From Trueperaceae bacterium (GTDB taxonomy: Bacteria > Deinococcota > Deinococci > Deinococcales > Trueperaceae), in the NCBI GenBank assembly GCA_965213925.1, contig OZ243927.1, positions 2,208,001 to 2,272,000 of the forward strand: a stretch of 64,000 nucleotides of DNA, written 5' to 3'. The translations under genes were made by a program, and so were the position numbers. Positions within the stretch are counted from its first letter, which is position 1. The number at the start of each line of letters is the position of its first letter. Positions 30,072-41,478 of the stretch are shown here, in pieces. The notes below the pieces were generated by a model. It was not told the origin of the DNA and made no database searches. It was given only the letters and a program-made list of their open reading frames with translations.

Positions 30072-30738
30072 AGATGTCGGCGCAGCAGGAGCGCAGCTTT
30101 TTGTAGAGGCGGCGCAGCGGAGCATCGAGGCGAGAGGGCGCTTCTTCGTCGCGCTTTCGGGAGGGAGTACGCCGCTCGAGGTCTACGCCCATCTGGTCGA
30201 GGCGTACCGCGACGCCCCCTTTTGGACGCAGACGCAGCTTTTCTGGGGCGACGAGCGCTTCGTCCCGCACGACCATGACGACAGCAACTTCGGCGCAGCT
30301 AAAGAGCACCTCGTCCGGCACGTGCCGATACCGGACGGGCAGGTGCACCCGTGGCCCTACTTAGCGGACGAGCCGGAGCGCTCGGCGCATTCCTACGCGG
30401 CGATCATCGGCGAGGTCTTAGGCGATACGCCGCACTTCGACCTGACCTTTTTAGGTTTAGGCGACGACGGACACACCGCGAGCCTCTTTCCAGGTACGGA
30501 CGCTGTGCACGAGGAAGGCTGGACCACCGTGGTCCAGCCCGAAGGAAAAAACACGCGGCTCAGCTTCACGGTACCTTTGCTTAGCCAGAGCCGCACGGTG
30601 GCTTTTTTGGTGCAGGGTGAGAAGAAGCGTGACGCGCTCCAGGCGACGCTGCACGGCGAGAAGGACGTTGAAAACTACCCCGCCCAAGCGGTCAGCGCTC
30701 ACGAGCAGCTTCTGTGGCTGACGGACTTAGAGGTGTAG
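30046..30738 (+). CDS. pgl: 6-phosphogluconolactonase
   Basis: ALSGGSTP, FWGDERFVP, SN, LGLGDDGHTASLFPG; ATG at 30046 preferred. Confidence 0.93.
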   Translation: MQREVQTVEDVGAAGAQLFVEAAQRSIEARGRFFVALSGGSTPLEVYAHLVEAYRDAPFWTQTQLFWGDERFVPHDHDDSNFGAAKEHLVRHVPIPDGQVHPWPYLADEPERSAHSYAAIIGEVLGDTPHFDLTFLGLGDDGHTASLFPGTDAVHEEGWTTVVQPEGKNTRLSFTVPLLSQSRTVAFLVQGEKKRDALQATLHGEKDVENYPAQAVSAHEQLLWLTDLEV

Positions 30739-30750
30739 ATTCGGGTAAGT

Positions 30751-30783
30751 GGAGGGGGCTCGAGTCTGACTCGAGCCCCCTCC
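30751..30783. terminator. Long hairpin (probable terminator) containing two CTCGAG sites
   Basis: GGAGGGGGCTCGAGTC-T-GACTCGAGCCCCCTCC 16-bp perfect inverted repeat between convergent genes. Confidence 0.75.
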
Positions 30784-30801
30784 TTTCTGCACTTTACGCG
30801 G

Positions 30802-32007
30802 TTAGTTGAGCGACGCGGCTTCGGGTGCGTTCGGCGAGACGTTCTCCAACTCGTCCGTGCGCCCGTTCACGAGGTCGTCTACCCACGAGACGAAGGGCGT
30901 AGAGATACTGCCATCACCGTTGTCTGGGTACTCATAGAACTCTGGCCTGCCGATGATGCAGTGCGTCGTGCCGTTCTCCAGGCTGTCATCGTTGTCGAGC
31001 AGCGAGGTGTAGAAGTAGAAGTTATCTGTACCTTCCGCGATCGCGCCGAGCGAAGCGTCTAGGCCCGCTGTCCACTCCCGCGTCGCCCTCTCCAGCTCCT
31101 CCGGGCTCGGCTGAAAAGACGCGCCCTGCTGCAGCGCGTAGAAGTAAATCTGAATGCCGTCGAAGGCTGAATTGTACTGCGAGACGACGCTCTCGGGGTA
31201 GGTTTCTCCCACCGTTTCGTAGATGTTGGTAAGAAAGGTTGCGTTGAGACCACCGCTCAGGTCAAGCTCGGGGATAAGCTCGGTGAGTACGCTCTCGGTG
31301 TTCCAACGGCTGACGCCGTCCTCGCCCTCGAAGAACGCCTCCGGGGTGACGCCCGCGCCGCAGTCGCCCATCTGGTAAACCTCTGCGTCAGGGTACCTCT
31401 CTTGAATCTGCGGCGTGTAGGCGATTGAGCCATATGCGCCCGCACTGCAACCCGTCACAAAAATTGTTTCGGGCGCTTCAAATTCTTCAAAAACCCAGTT
31501 TAAGACCGCTTGTGCGTTGACCTGACCCTTGTGCTGCACGGTGATCTCTTCCCCACTGGTCGTATTCGTATAGGTCTGTGTGCTGTTACCGATATGGATG
31601 TCCGCTGTGCAGTACGGGATATAGGCGTGGTACCAGTCGCCGACGGGGTTGTCGGGGTTGGTTTTGTCGTAGATACCCAGCGGTGTGGGCTCGCCAAACA
31701 CGCGGCTATTGTAGACGCCGAAATCGTTTGGTTCGTCGATGGGCAATGAGCACGTCCCGTCGTTCCAGCACGCGCCGCCGCCCTGAAAGTCGACGACGAG
31801 CTTGTTCTCGGTGCCCGGATAGGCGTAGTACTTGTACTGTGAGCCGTCCGCGCAGGTGGTTTCGCCGCCCGGCGAAAATTCGTTCCAGGTGTCCGCCATA
31901 AGCTCGGGTACTCTGGGTTCGGTTATCGCCTCTTCGCTGCACGCCACTAAAAATAGGGCGCACACGCCGAGCAACAACACTGCGTAACGCTTGAGATAAC
32001 GCGACAT
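30802..32007 (-). CDS. Pectinacetylesterase/Notum-family hydrolase lipoprotein
   Basis: Lipobox LVAC, FQGGGACW, YCTADIH, GCSAGAYG; ATG at 32007 with GGAGG. Confidence 0.8.
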   Translation of the reverse strand: MSRYLKRYAVLLLGVCALFLVACSEEAITEPRVPELMADTWNEFSPGGETTCADGSQYKYYAYPGTENKLVVDFQGGGACWNDGTCSLPIDEPNDFGVYNSRVFGEPTPLGIYDKTNPDNPVGDWYHAYIPYCTADIHIGNSTQTYTNTTSGEEITVQHKGQVNAQAVLNWVFEEFEAPETIFVTGCSAGAYGSIAYTPQIQERYPDAEVYQMGDCGAGVTPEAFFEGEDGVSRWNTESVLTELIPELDLSGGLNATFLTNIYETVGETYPESVVSQYNSAFDGIQIYFYALQQGASFQPSPEELERATREWTAGLDASLGAIAEGTDNFYFYTSLLDNDDSLENGTTHCIIGRPEFYEYPDNGDGSISTPFVSWVDDLVNGRTDELENVSPNAPEAASLN

Positions 32008-32171
32008 AATTATGACGCCTCCTAAGGATTTGGGCGAGCATACCACTTCTAGTCCCTGCGCGTTAGGCACGAAGAAGGAGGCGTTCGGGGATGACGCGCG
32101 GGACGGGCGACGTAGAGGAGCCCTGTCGCCGACAAAAAGGCGAGTGCGGAGCCTGCCCCCAGCTGCTACGT

Positions 32172-33323
32172 TTACCGCGCGACTAGCCGCCCCCGCGCGA
32201 CTTCGGCGATCACCAACGATTCCGGTTGAACCCCCGCGGAGTCACCCTCGTGGTAGTCGTAGACAGCGGCTGCGCCCGTCACGGGTCCGAGCCCTACGAA
32301 GGAGTCGCGCAACGCTTGGCGGAGGGCGGCGGTGTTACTGGGCTCGAGTCGGTTGTAAGCGAGCAGCTCTTCGAAGGCGCGCTCAGCGAGCGTCATAGCG
32401 TCCCAGGCGTAGCCGCCGGCTGACGTCGGGCGATTCGCCCCTGAGACGGCGCTCAGCGCGGAGATAAAGCGGCGCGTTTCCGGGTAGGTCGGGTGACCGG
32501 GCGACACGCTTCCCTCGACGCTCAGCGCGTCGCTCACGGTGAGCGTCCCCCGCAGGTCTGCACGTTCCAACACGTTCGCGTCCTCGTAGACCTCTGGGTT
32601 GATATAGACGCGACCTTCATAGCCGCGCCCAGAGAGGGCGTCTACGGCGACGTTCGTGTCCGCCGCATGTCCCCAAACGAGCACCGCGCCAGGCTGCCGT
32701 GTGGCGACCCAGAGTGCTTCGGGGGTGAGCGTGCGCACGTCCGGCGCGTAACGCTCCTCCGCGACGAGGCGTACGTCCGAACCTCGGAGAACACCGGCGG
32801 CGACATCGCCTAAGGGGCCCTCCAACCCCAACAGGGCTAGGTCGGTTGAGCCTCTAGCGTACTCGTTAAGCACCACCGTGCGAATCTGTGTCTGCCGGTC
32901 AGGTACGAGGCTGAAAAGCCAATAGTCCGCGGTGGTACGTTCGAAGGCGTGGGGCGCTAGCGTCAGCACGCCCGCCTCTTGCACGGCGGGCAAGAGGCGC
33001 TCCAACGCCTCCGAGGTCCCGCAACAAAAGAGCGCATGGACGCCGCTCCCTATAAGTTGCGCCGCTCCCGCCGCGGCGTTTGCCGGGCTGCTCCTGTCGT
33101 CCGCGGTGAGAACCTCGACGGACAGCCCCCGCCGCTGCGCGCCCTTCTGCCACGCGCGCAGCGCCGCGTCTTGCGCCTTGCCGAGCGCCGCGTCCGTTCC
33201 CGTAAGGGAGAGTACCGCGCCGACCCGCAGGGTCACGGGTTCAGTCGACGGCGCTTGTGCGAGCGACAAGTTCCCGAGTAAAAGGCAGATGAAAACCGTG
33301 TATCGTCCGAACGAGTACGCCAT
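32172..33323 (-). CDS. ABC transporter substrate-binding protein (LivJ-like)
   Basis: VGAVLSLTG..A.LG, DDRS.P, YAWDA; no permease adjacent. Confidence 0.75.
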   Translation of the reverse strand: MAYSFGRYTVFICLLLGNLSLAQAPSTEPVTLRVGAVLSLTGTDAALGKAQDAALRAWQKGAQRRGLSVEVLTADDRSSPANAAAGAAQLIGSGVHALFCCGTSEALERLLPAVQEAGVLTLAPHAFERTTADYWLFSLVPDRQTQIRTVVLNEYARGSTDLALLGLEGPLGDVAAGVLRGSDVRLVAEERYAPDVRTLTPEALWVATRQPGAVLVWGHAADTNVAVDALSGRGYEGRVYINPEVYEDANVLERADLRGTLTVSDALSVEGSVSPGHPTYPETRRFISALSAVSGANRPTSAGGYAWDAMTLAERAFEELLAYNRLEPSNTAALRQALRDSFVGLGPVTGAAAVYDYHEGDSAGVQPESLVIAEVARGRLVAR

Positions 33324-33565
33324 ACCCGTATTTTTACAGGCGCGCCGCCTAGAGATGTGAAACCTTTGACTTTTTCCTTCACCGGGCGATTAGCATTTGG
33401 CGCTCGAGGGGACGCAAAATTTAGTCCAAGAAAGAGTGACAGGCACGTTCCGCTAGAAGTGTTGACCGAACGTCTCAAAACGCCCAAAAAACGAGAAATT
33501 ACCGTCATAGACATGTCTCCCGGTTTGCCCGCTGCGCCCGAAACGTGTTACAATAAAGCGTTTAA

Positions 33566-35605
<2,040 letters not shown>

Positions 35606-35624
35606 GGCTTAGTTGGTGGAAGGA

Positions 35625-35656
35625 GAGGGCTGTTCAGAAAGCTTGGAGCAGCCCTC
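35625..35656 (+). terminator. Hairpin after gyrB
   Basis: GAGGGCTGTTC ... GAGCAGCCCTC inverted repeat. Confidence 0.5.
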
Positions 35657-35829
35657 ACATTGGTCACAATATTCAGTGGAATTCTGCGTTGTAAATCTAT
35701 GAATCAATCTTACTCTTTGGATAACTTTCTACTCAATAAGAGCCTTGAACTGCTTGATGAAATAAGTATCACTGAGCTAAAACGTATATAAATCCTTGAT
35801 GTTATAGATTTTACAGAAGCTGACGTAAG

Positions 35830-35995
35830 TACTCTGTTAATTAAAAAATGAGTGATGTCATTCTGAACGTAAAGAAGTGAAGTGAAAGAATCTCTGCCCT
35901 TGCTGACTCCTCTGCCAGAGAACGAAAGGCGAGACCCTCACGCCTGCGGTCAGGGTGACATCAGTAATAAGTATCATTTCTTACTTAACGTTGTA
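35830..35995. mobile_element. 166-bp MITE (family 3) with 22-bp imperfect TIRs and 5-bp TSD GTAAG
   Basis: TACTCTGTTAATTAAAAAATGA / TCATTTCTTACTTAACGTTGTA (17/22 match); GTAAG at 35825-35829 and 35996-36000; internal GATGTCATTCTGA...TCAGGGTGACATC palindrome. Confidence 0.85.
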
Positions 35996-36148
35996 GTAAG
36001 AGAAGAGATAATTAACCCAATTCTGAGGATTATGGGTCACAGAACGCCTGCGGCTCAGGGTGACATCAGTAATAAGTATCATTTCTTACTTAACGTTGTA
36101 GTAAGAGAAGAGATAATTAACCCAATTCTGAGGATTATGGGTCACAGA
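35940..36148. repeat. Tandem duplication of 104/105 bp
   Basis: 35940-36043 and 36044-36148 are identical except for one extra C. Confidence 0.92.
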
Positions 36149-37703
36149 AAGGGAGACTTCTCCTCAGTAGATAGAGAGAAGCACATTTCTTTTGCAGGCA
36201 AAACCAGCAAGTACATTGATTACAACTTAACACTTTGGGAAAGTAATTTTTGACTTGTTGAAGCTAAGCGACCAAATCTGAACCGCAAAACATTCGATTA
36301 TAAAGACCTTAGTCAAGCGGTAGAGTACGCCGCACATCCCGAAATAGATGCTGCTCTGGTCGTACTATGTGATGGTTACAAGATTGAACTCTTTGATAGA
36401 GAAGTAAATCTTGTTGAACCTGTTTTCAACATTTTAATATCCGAAATAGCCCAAAATTTTGATCAACTCCGCAGGGTACTTTCTCCTATCAACTTATGGT
36501 TTTTCTACAAACGGAGAGTGATTCGTGCGATAGATAGAGCTTTTGATCACGAAATGAATCAGAGTCGAGTAGTTGAGTTTCAGCAAATTGTTGAGAAGCG
36601 GCTAAGCGAGAAACGTTCTATAATTCTCTAAAACTTTCAATCCATGAATTTATTAGAAAAAGATGATTATGCGCAGCATTTAGCTGAGGCTTCTATAGAC
36701 GAAATTGTAGACATTCACTTTTTCATTTTGCAAGCGCTCAGCAATATAGCTACTATGACTGAACAACTCGTTTCATCTTGTGTAAGTAAGTGGTCGTTTC
36801 CTGTTCTTCGCAAAGTTTTTCCTGATGATCCTAGAGACGTGAACGACTATTTTTACATGCACGCCTTACATTTCCTGATAGAACTAGAGAAAGTAGATGT
36901 AGATATAAATTGGCTTCCCTCGTGGCTCACAAGTAATTGGAGTTCGCCATCGGCGCTGCATGTTTCGATTAAACGCTTGATACACCTATGCTTGACATAC
37001 TTCGATCAGGATGAACCGCGTAAGGCTATCTTATTAGCTTCGAATACGTATAGAAGAATATTTAAGCTGCTTGCGATGACTCTTCCACATCAAAAGAAGG
37101 CAGCAGAGATAGAACATATCTTAACTCGCTACTTTGCTGCCGAACTATCCTGGTAGCAGATTATATCTTCCCCCGAGCGACATGCGATACTGAATTGGGA
37201 ACGGCTTGCTGTGATTCAAACTAATGGATTTACTAAGAAACACTTGAATGAGTCACATTCTTTCAATATCCACCGAGCGAAACAAGACCTTAAAGAGTTT
37301 TGGAAGCTTGAGAAAGTTTTACTTAGTAATCTAGGGAATTACAGAGCACTTAGTAAAGAGTACGGTTTTGGGGAAATATACTCGACCTCATCTTCAGCAA
37401 TTATTTGGGATGATTTAGGACACGGTGCATTGTGTGTAGTCAAAGCGTTTCCTGACTGGCGCGACTATCTATTATCAGAATATAGAGACGAACTTCAGGT
37501 TCTAGTCGATATGCGCTCTTGGGCTGCTTACGAAATTTTAGATTTAGACAAGGAGCCGCACTTGCCTGCTTCGGTAAATGAAGAGTTATTAGCTAACCAA
37601 TTTTTCTTTGGAGATATTGAAACGATGAGGGAGCTTAGAAGAGCGTATCAAATTTGAATTCCTACCTACGTCTAATCACCTTGTATCCTGTAAGCCAAGG
37701 AGA

Positions 37704-37934
37704 ATGATGCTCCAAGAACACGATACTGTAGTGCTAGTGCGCGACCTACCCGCGCTCGGTTTGGAGCGAGGCGACGTTGGAGCGGTCATTCACATTTATG
37801 ATGATCAGGCTGCCGTGGAAGTGGAGTTCGTTTCTGGTGCTGGGGCGACAGTGGCAGTAGAGACGCTGGCGCTGGAGGACGTGCGTCCGCTTGCTCGAGG
37901 CGAAATCTTACACGTGAGGGTCATGGCTGCGTAA
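37704..37934 (+). CDS. DUF4926 domain protein
   Basis: EHDTVVLVRDLPALGLERGDVGAVIHIY...EVEF pattern; AAGGAG RBS. Confidence 0.8.
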   Translation: MMLQEHDTVVLVRDLPALGLERGDVGAVIHIYDDQAAVEVEFVSGAGATVAVETLALEDVRPLARGEILHVRVMAA

Positions 37935-37994
37935 CGAGGTGTTGCAAAAGAATGCAATAGGCTCGCTATCTCAACGACCCTCGAGCCAAAAACA

Positions 37995-38022
37995 AGGACA
38001 GGAACCTGCAAGTCCCTGTCCT
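37995..38022. terminator. Hairpin between convergent genes
   Basis: AGGACAGG...CCTGTCCT stem with adjacent A run. Confidence 0.55.
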
Positions 38023-38047
38023 CTAGCTGAGCGCTAATCCTTAAAGC

Positions 38048-40615
38048 TTACTCGTTCACCTCATCATGATGGTCATGTCCTTCATCAGAGACCGCTTGCG
38101 TACCCACAGAGGTTGACTCCAAAGGCGCACTTAAAATCTCCTCGACATCCCCCGCCGCCAAAATCGCCACCGCGTACGCCACCGCGTCGGAGTTTTGGTC
38201 GAACGCTTCTAAGCTGATGTTGTCGAAGGTATCGCACGCCTCGTGGTAGCAGGGGTCGTACTGGTCGCCTACCGTGCCGCCATAGATCGCTTGCTCTTCT
38301 TCGGTCTTGATGCCTTCCGCCCCGGTGAAAAGACCGCCTGCCGGGATGCCGTTGTTGATAAACGCCTGATAGTCGCTCCGCCCGCTGAATTCCACATCTT
38401 GGTACGCAAGCTCGTTCTCTTCGTAGAAGGTCTCGAAGATTTTCTCGAGCTGCTGTGAGCCTGCGGGCACGGGCACGGGCGCTTCGAAGGTGGACTGGTT
38501 GCCGTCGTAAACGCCGCGAATGAAGTTCGGCGAGCCGATCATGTCGAAGTTGAGGTACAAGGCGATGTCTTCTAAAGCTTCGGGGTCGTTCTCGACCAAG
38601 TCATTCACGTAGAACGTCGAGCCGATGAGCCCCGACTCCTCAGCGCTCCACCAGGCGAAGCGGACCTTGTTGTTAAGTAAAATCGCGTCTTCGTCGTTCA
38701 CGCCGAACTGCTCCGCCATCTGCAGGGCGATCTCTAAAATCGCTGCCGAGCCGGTGCCGTTGTCCTGAATGCCGGGACCTTCGATGACCGAGTCCAGGTG
38801 TGCACCCGCCATGACCACCGTTTCGGGGTCGCCCGCCACGCTCTCGGCGATCACGTTGCGTGTGGTGAGGGTTTCGCGCAGGGCGTCGGTTAAGATGCGC
38901 AGTTCTAAGCCCTCTTCTATGAGGTCGTTAAAGGTAACGCCGAGGTCGTACGAGGTGCTCAGCACGGGGATGGTGGTGATGGTCTCGCTGGTTAGCGTGC
39001 CGCCGAACAGCTCGGTGCGCTCCGCGTCGTTGCCCTGGTTAAAGATGATGACGGCTGACGCGCCCACCGCTTCTGCCTGCTCCGCCTTGGTTTGAAAGGC
39101 GCATGCGCCGCGCTGAATAAGCGCGATATTCCCTTCGGGGAAGTCTACGAAGTCTTCCGCTTCGCAGCCGGAGGTGGAGGTGTTGCCTTCGCCCAAGTCG
39201 AGGTCTACGGCGGTGACTTGGGCGGTCACGTCGCCGCTACCCGAGTAGCTCTGGATGGCGAAGTCTTCGTTGTTCACATACGTCACCTCGTCGGGCGCGA
39301 CTTGCTCCAATTCAGAGTCGACGTTCTCCACGAAGGCGGGATAGTCGAACTCTTGATATTCGACGTCGTAGCCTGCCTCGTCTAAGAGGGTGTAGACGTA
39401 CTCAGCCGACAGCTCGTAGCCGGGTAGACCGGCGTAGCGGTTGCCGCCGTTTTCGTCCGCGATGGCTTGCCACGCAGCTTGATGCGCACGTAAGCCCTCG
39501 AGGGTTACCGCTTCTTGGAGCAAGGCGGCGAGGTCGGCACCGCCTGGCGCGCTCACCTGCAACTCGGCGCGGTTTTCGTTGGCAGCGTTGTCATAGGCGA
39601 GAACGATGAGACGGTAGTCGCGGAGCCTGTCGGGGTTGATCTCATAGCTCCAGGTGTTAGGCGTGACGCCCGTGTCGAGTTCCGCTTCGCCCAAAAGAAC
39701 CGGACCGTCGTAAATCTCGACGCGGTCGACGCCGGTCTGCAAGTCGTTGACTTCGCCTGCAAGGGTAAACGCGCCGCTAAAGGGTGCACCCGCTTCGGGG
39801 CTAGTGATAGAGATGAAGGGTGGGACGAGGTCGACACCGACGCTCGTACCTGCGCAGGTGGTGCTGAGCGGGATGGTGATAGAGGCGGTTGTTTCCCCTT
39901 CGGAGCTGACGTCGCCCGATTCGTCGAACACGCCGACGGCAACGGTCACCTCGTCGCATTCCGCCACGAGTCTCACGCCCAGGTTGCTCTCGCTCAGGAT
40001 GGTACCCTCGCCGTCTCCGCTGAACACTTCCCAGTTGTTAATGCTGTAGTCCGAGGCGGGCAAACGCAAGTCGGGGCGACCCCGCGGTGAAACCTCTAAA
40101 AATACGTCGAAGATTTCGTTGGGTACGACCTCCTCAGGCGCGCTCAATTTAACGTCACCTACGATACCCGTGAGCGGCACGGTGATCTCGCTACCGTCAG
40201 CAACGGTGGCGTTGAGTAGACCGTAGGCAAGAGGAAACGCTGCTGCTACAAAGGTGTAGTCGCCTGGGGGAATAAAGAGGGTCGCGCTGGGGTCGCTCTT
40301 CGTGAGCGTCTGTGTGACCGCGTCTTCTTCTGCGACTAGGTTACCGTCGGCGTCGAAGAAAAGCTCTTCTCCGTCCACATCGTCAACAGTTCCTTTGAAA
40401 ACGCGTAGCTCCGCGTTCTCGACCCCTGACTCACCCGTTTCTGGGTCGTAAGGGACGCCTTGAGCGGACAGCTCAGCACCGGACGCCCCAAAGTTTGTAC
40501 CGATAGAGATAGCAATGGTGCCTTCGGGCGCGGTGTAGAGGTCGGATTCTTCGTTACAAGCGGCTAGAAAGACGAGTAGTAAACTACATAGAACAGCGTG
40601 AACGGCGCGCTTCAT
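38048..40615 (-). CDS. Lipoprotein with Ig-like region and PA-domain M28 aminopeptidase
   Basis: Lipobox LAAC; ALIQRGACAF PA domain; GAHLDSV, DNGTGS, WSAEESGL, LNFDMIGS, YHEACD. Confidence 0.88.
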   Translation of the reverse strand: MKRAVHAVLCSLLLVFLAACNEESDLYTAPEGTIAISIGTNFGASGAELSAQGVPYDPETGESGVENAELRVFKGTVDDVDGEELFFDADGNLVAEEDAVTQTLTKSDPSATLFIPPGDYTFVAAAFPLAYGLLNATVADGSEITVPLTGIVGDVKLSAPEEVVPNEIFDVFLEVSPRGRPDLRLPASDYSINNWEVFSGDGEGTILSESNLGVRLVAECDEVTVAVGVFDESGDVSSEGETTASITIPLSTTCAGTSVGVDLVPPFISITSPEAGAPFSGAFTLAGEVNDLQTGVDRVEIYDGPVLLGEAELDTGVTPNTWSYEINPDRLRDYRLIVLAYDNAANENRAELQVSAPGGADLAALLQEAVTLEGLRAHQAAWQAIADENGGNRYAGLPGYELSAEYVYTLLDEAGYDVEYQEFDYPAFVENVDSELEQVAPDEVTYVNNEDFAIQSYSGSGDVTAQVTAVDLDLGEGNTSTSGCEAEDFVDFPEGNIALIQRGACAFQTKAEQAEAVGASAVIIFNQGNDAERTELFGGTLTSETITTIPVLSTSYDLGVTFNDLIEEGLELRILTDALRETLTTRNVIAESVAGDPETVVMAGAHLDSVIEGPGIQDNGTGSAAILEIALQMAEQFGVNDEDAILLNNKVRFAWWSAEESGLIGSTFYVNDLVENDPEALEDIALYLNFDMIGSPNFIRGVYDGNQSTFEAPVPVPAGSQQLEKIFETFYEENELAYQDVEFSGRSDYQAFINNGIPAGGLFTGAEGIKTEEEQAIYGGTVGDQYDPCYHEACDTFDNISLEAFDQNSDAVAYAVAILAAGDVEEILSAPLESTSVGTQAVSDEGHDHHDEVNE

Positions 40616-40877
40616 GCAGGGTCCTTTCTCAAGCTGAAGTCATAGTTATGGTCGAGACGTGAAGTTGCAATACCGGATTGAGTATGCAGCACGAGTATTT
40701 CCGTGCGGCGTCTCGAGCGGCGTCCGCTAAGCTAAGGGACTCCTGAACACATATGCCAACCTCCCATTCTTTATCTACTTCATCGGAAGATAACAAATTT
40801 CTCACATCTTTGCAAAAGGAAAGGGTGTTTAATAAGGGTTGCCCTGCGGCTATCAGCTCTAAAGTACACAGGTGTGG

Positions 40878-41000
40878 TAGCAAGTATACCCGCTGAAGCA
40901 GGGCACTTTCATCTGTTTACAAACGCTCTTGGTCAATACAGCAATGGCTAGCACGCACCCTAAAGGATGACATCCGCGTGACACAACCTCAGTGGTTATG
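40878..41000 (+). repeat. Repeat family 1 copy E (diverged)
   Basis: TAGCAAGTAT ... CTAGCACGCAC-N7-GATGACATCCGCGTGA ... CTCAGTGGTTATG. Confidence 0.7.
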
Positions 41001-41167
41001 CAAAACGTTCCAAAACCTAAGATACTGTTCTGCTTAAGAAAACAGCCTGAGCAAGCCCTGTCTTGCTAACGGTCTCGCAGACCCAGTAGAAAAGCGGGCT
41101 TTGCTCAGGTTCGCTTAGCTGAAGTCTAAACCCTATAAGACTTGAACTTCCTATACAAGAAACAAGG

Positions 41168-41255
41168 ACGGATTCCGATGAGCTTCACGTCAGTACTTCC
41201 GCAGGAAACGGAAGAAGCTCTGCAAGAGTTTATGCAGTAATCAATCGGAATCCGT
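41168..41255. repeat. Repeat family 2 short copy
   Basis: Perfect 12-bp TIR ACGGATTCCGAT / ATCGGAATCCGT. Confidence 0.7.
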
Positions 41256-41478
41256 GTTACTACAGCCGCACTTAACCGAATAAAGAACTCCGCTGCGAAT
41301 AGCTCGAGTTCTGCCCCTTCCCAATTCTCTCCCGCTTCAGCCCACGCTGCGTCCGCCTTTTTCGTGGAGGTAGAGATGAGGGTTCAAGGGGTCGACGTAC
41401 ATAGCAATGAGCACATCCGACATCGGCTCATCAAAGGTCACGGGGTAAACGTCGTAGAAGACACCTCTTTATTGACGC

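Larger units (their letters stand above)
35699..37657 (+). pseudogene. AT-rich pseudogene of a type I restriction HsdR N-terminal-like PD-(D/E)XK nuclease domain protein
   Basis: Removing the MITE and duplication restores FTEADVREEIINPIL..MG, IDY, LVEAKRP, QAVEYA, VVLCDG; in-frame stops at 35789 TAA, 36251 TGA, 36629 TAA, 37154 TAG. Confidence 0.8.

Noticed and set aside
33500..33516. TACCGTCATAGACATGT upstream of gyrB as a Deinococcus RDRM (DdrO) site
   Set aside because: Three terminal positions mismatch the consensus as I recall it; too weak without a matrix score.
35882..36253. 123-aa ORF with an internal 35-aa repeat
   Set aside because: Chimeric product of the MITE plus tandem duplication, starting inside the element.
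35699..37657. Stop-codon recoding or alternative genetic code in the AT-rich gene
   Set aside because: All three stop types occur and the gene is also broken by a MITE; ordinary decay is simpler.
41047..41109. CCTGAGCAA...TTGCTCAGG hairpin
   Set aside because: Single copy with no assignable function.
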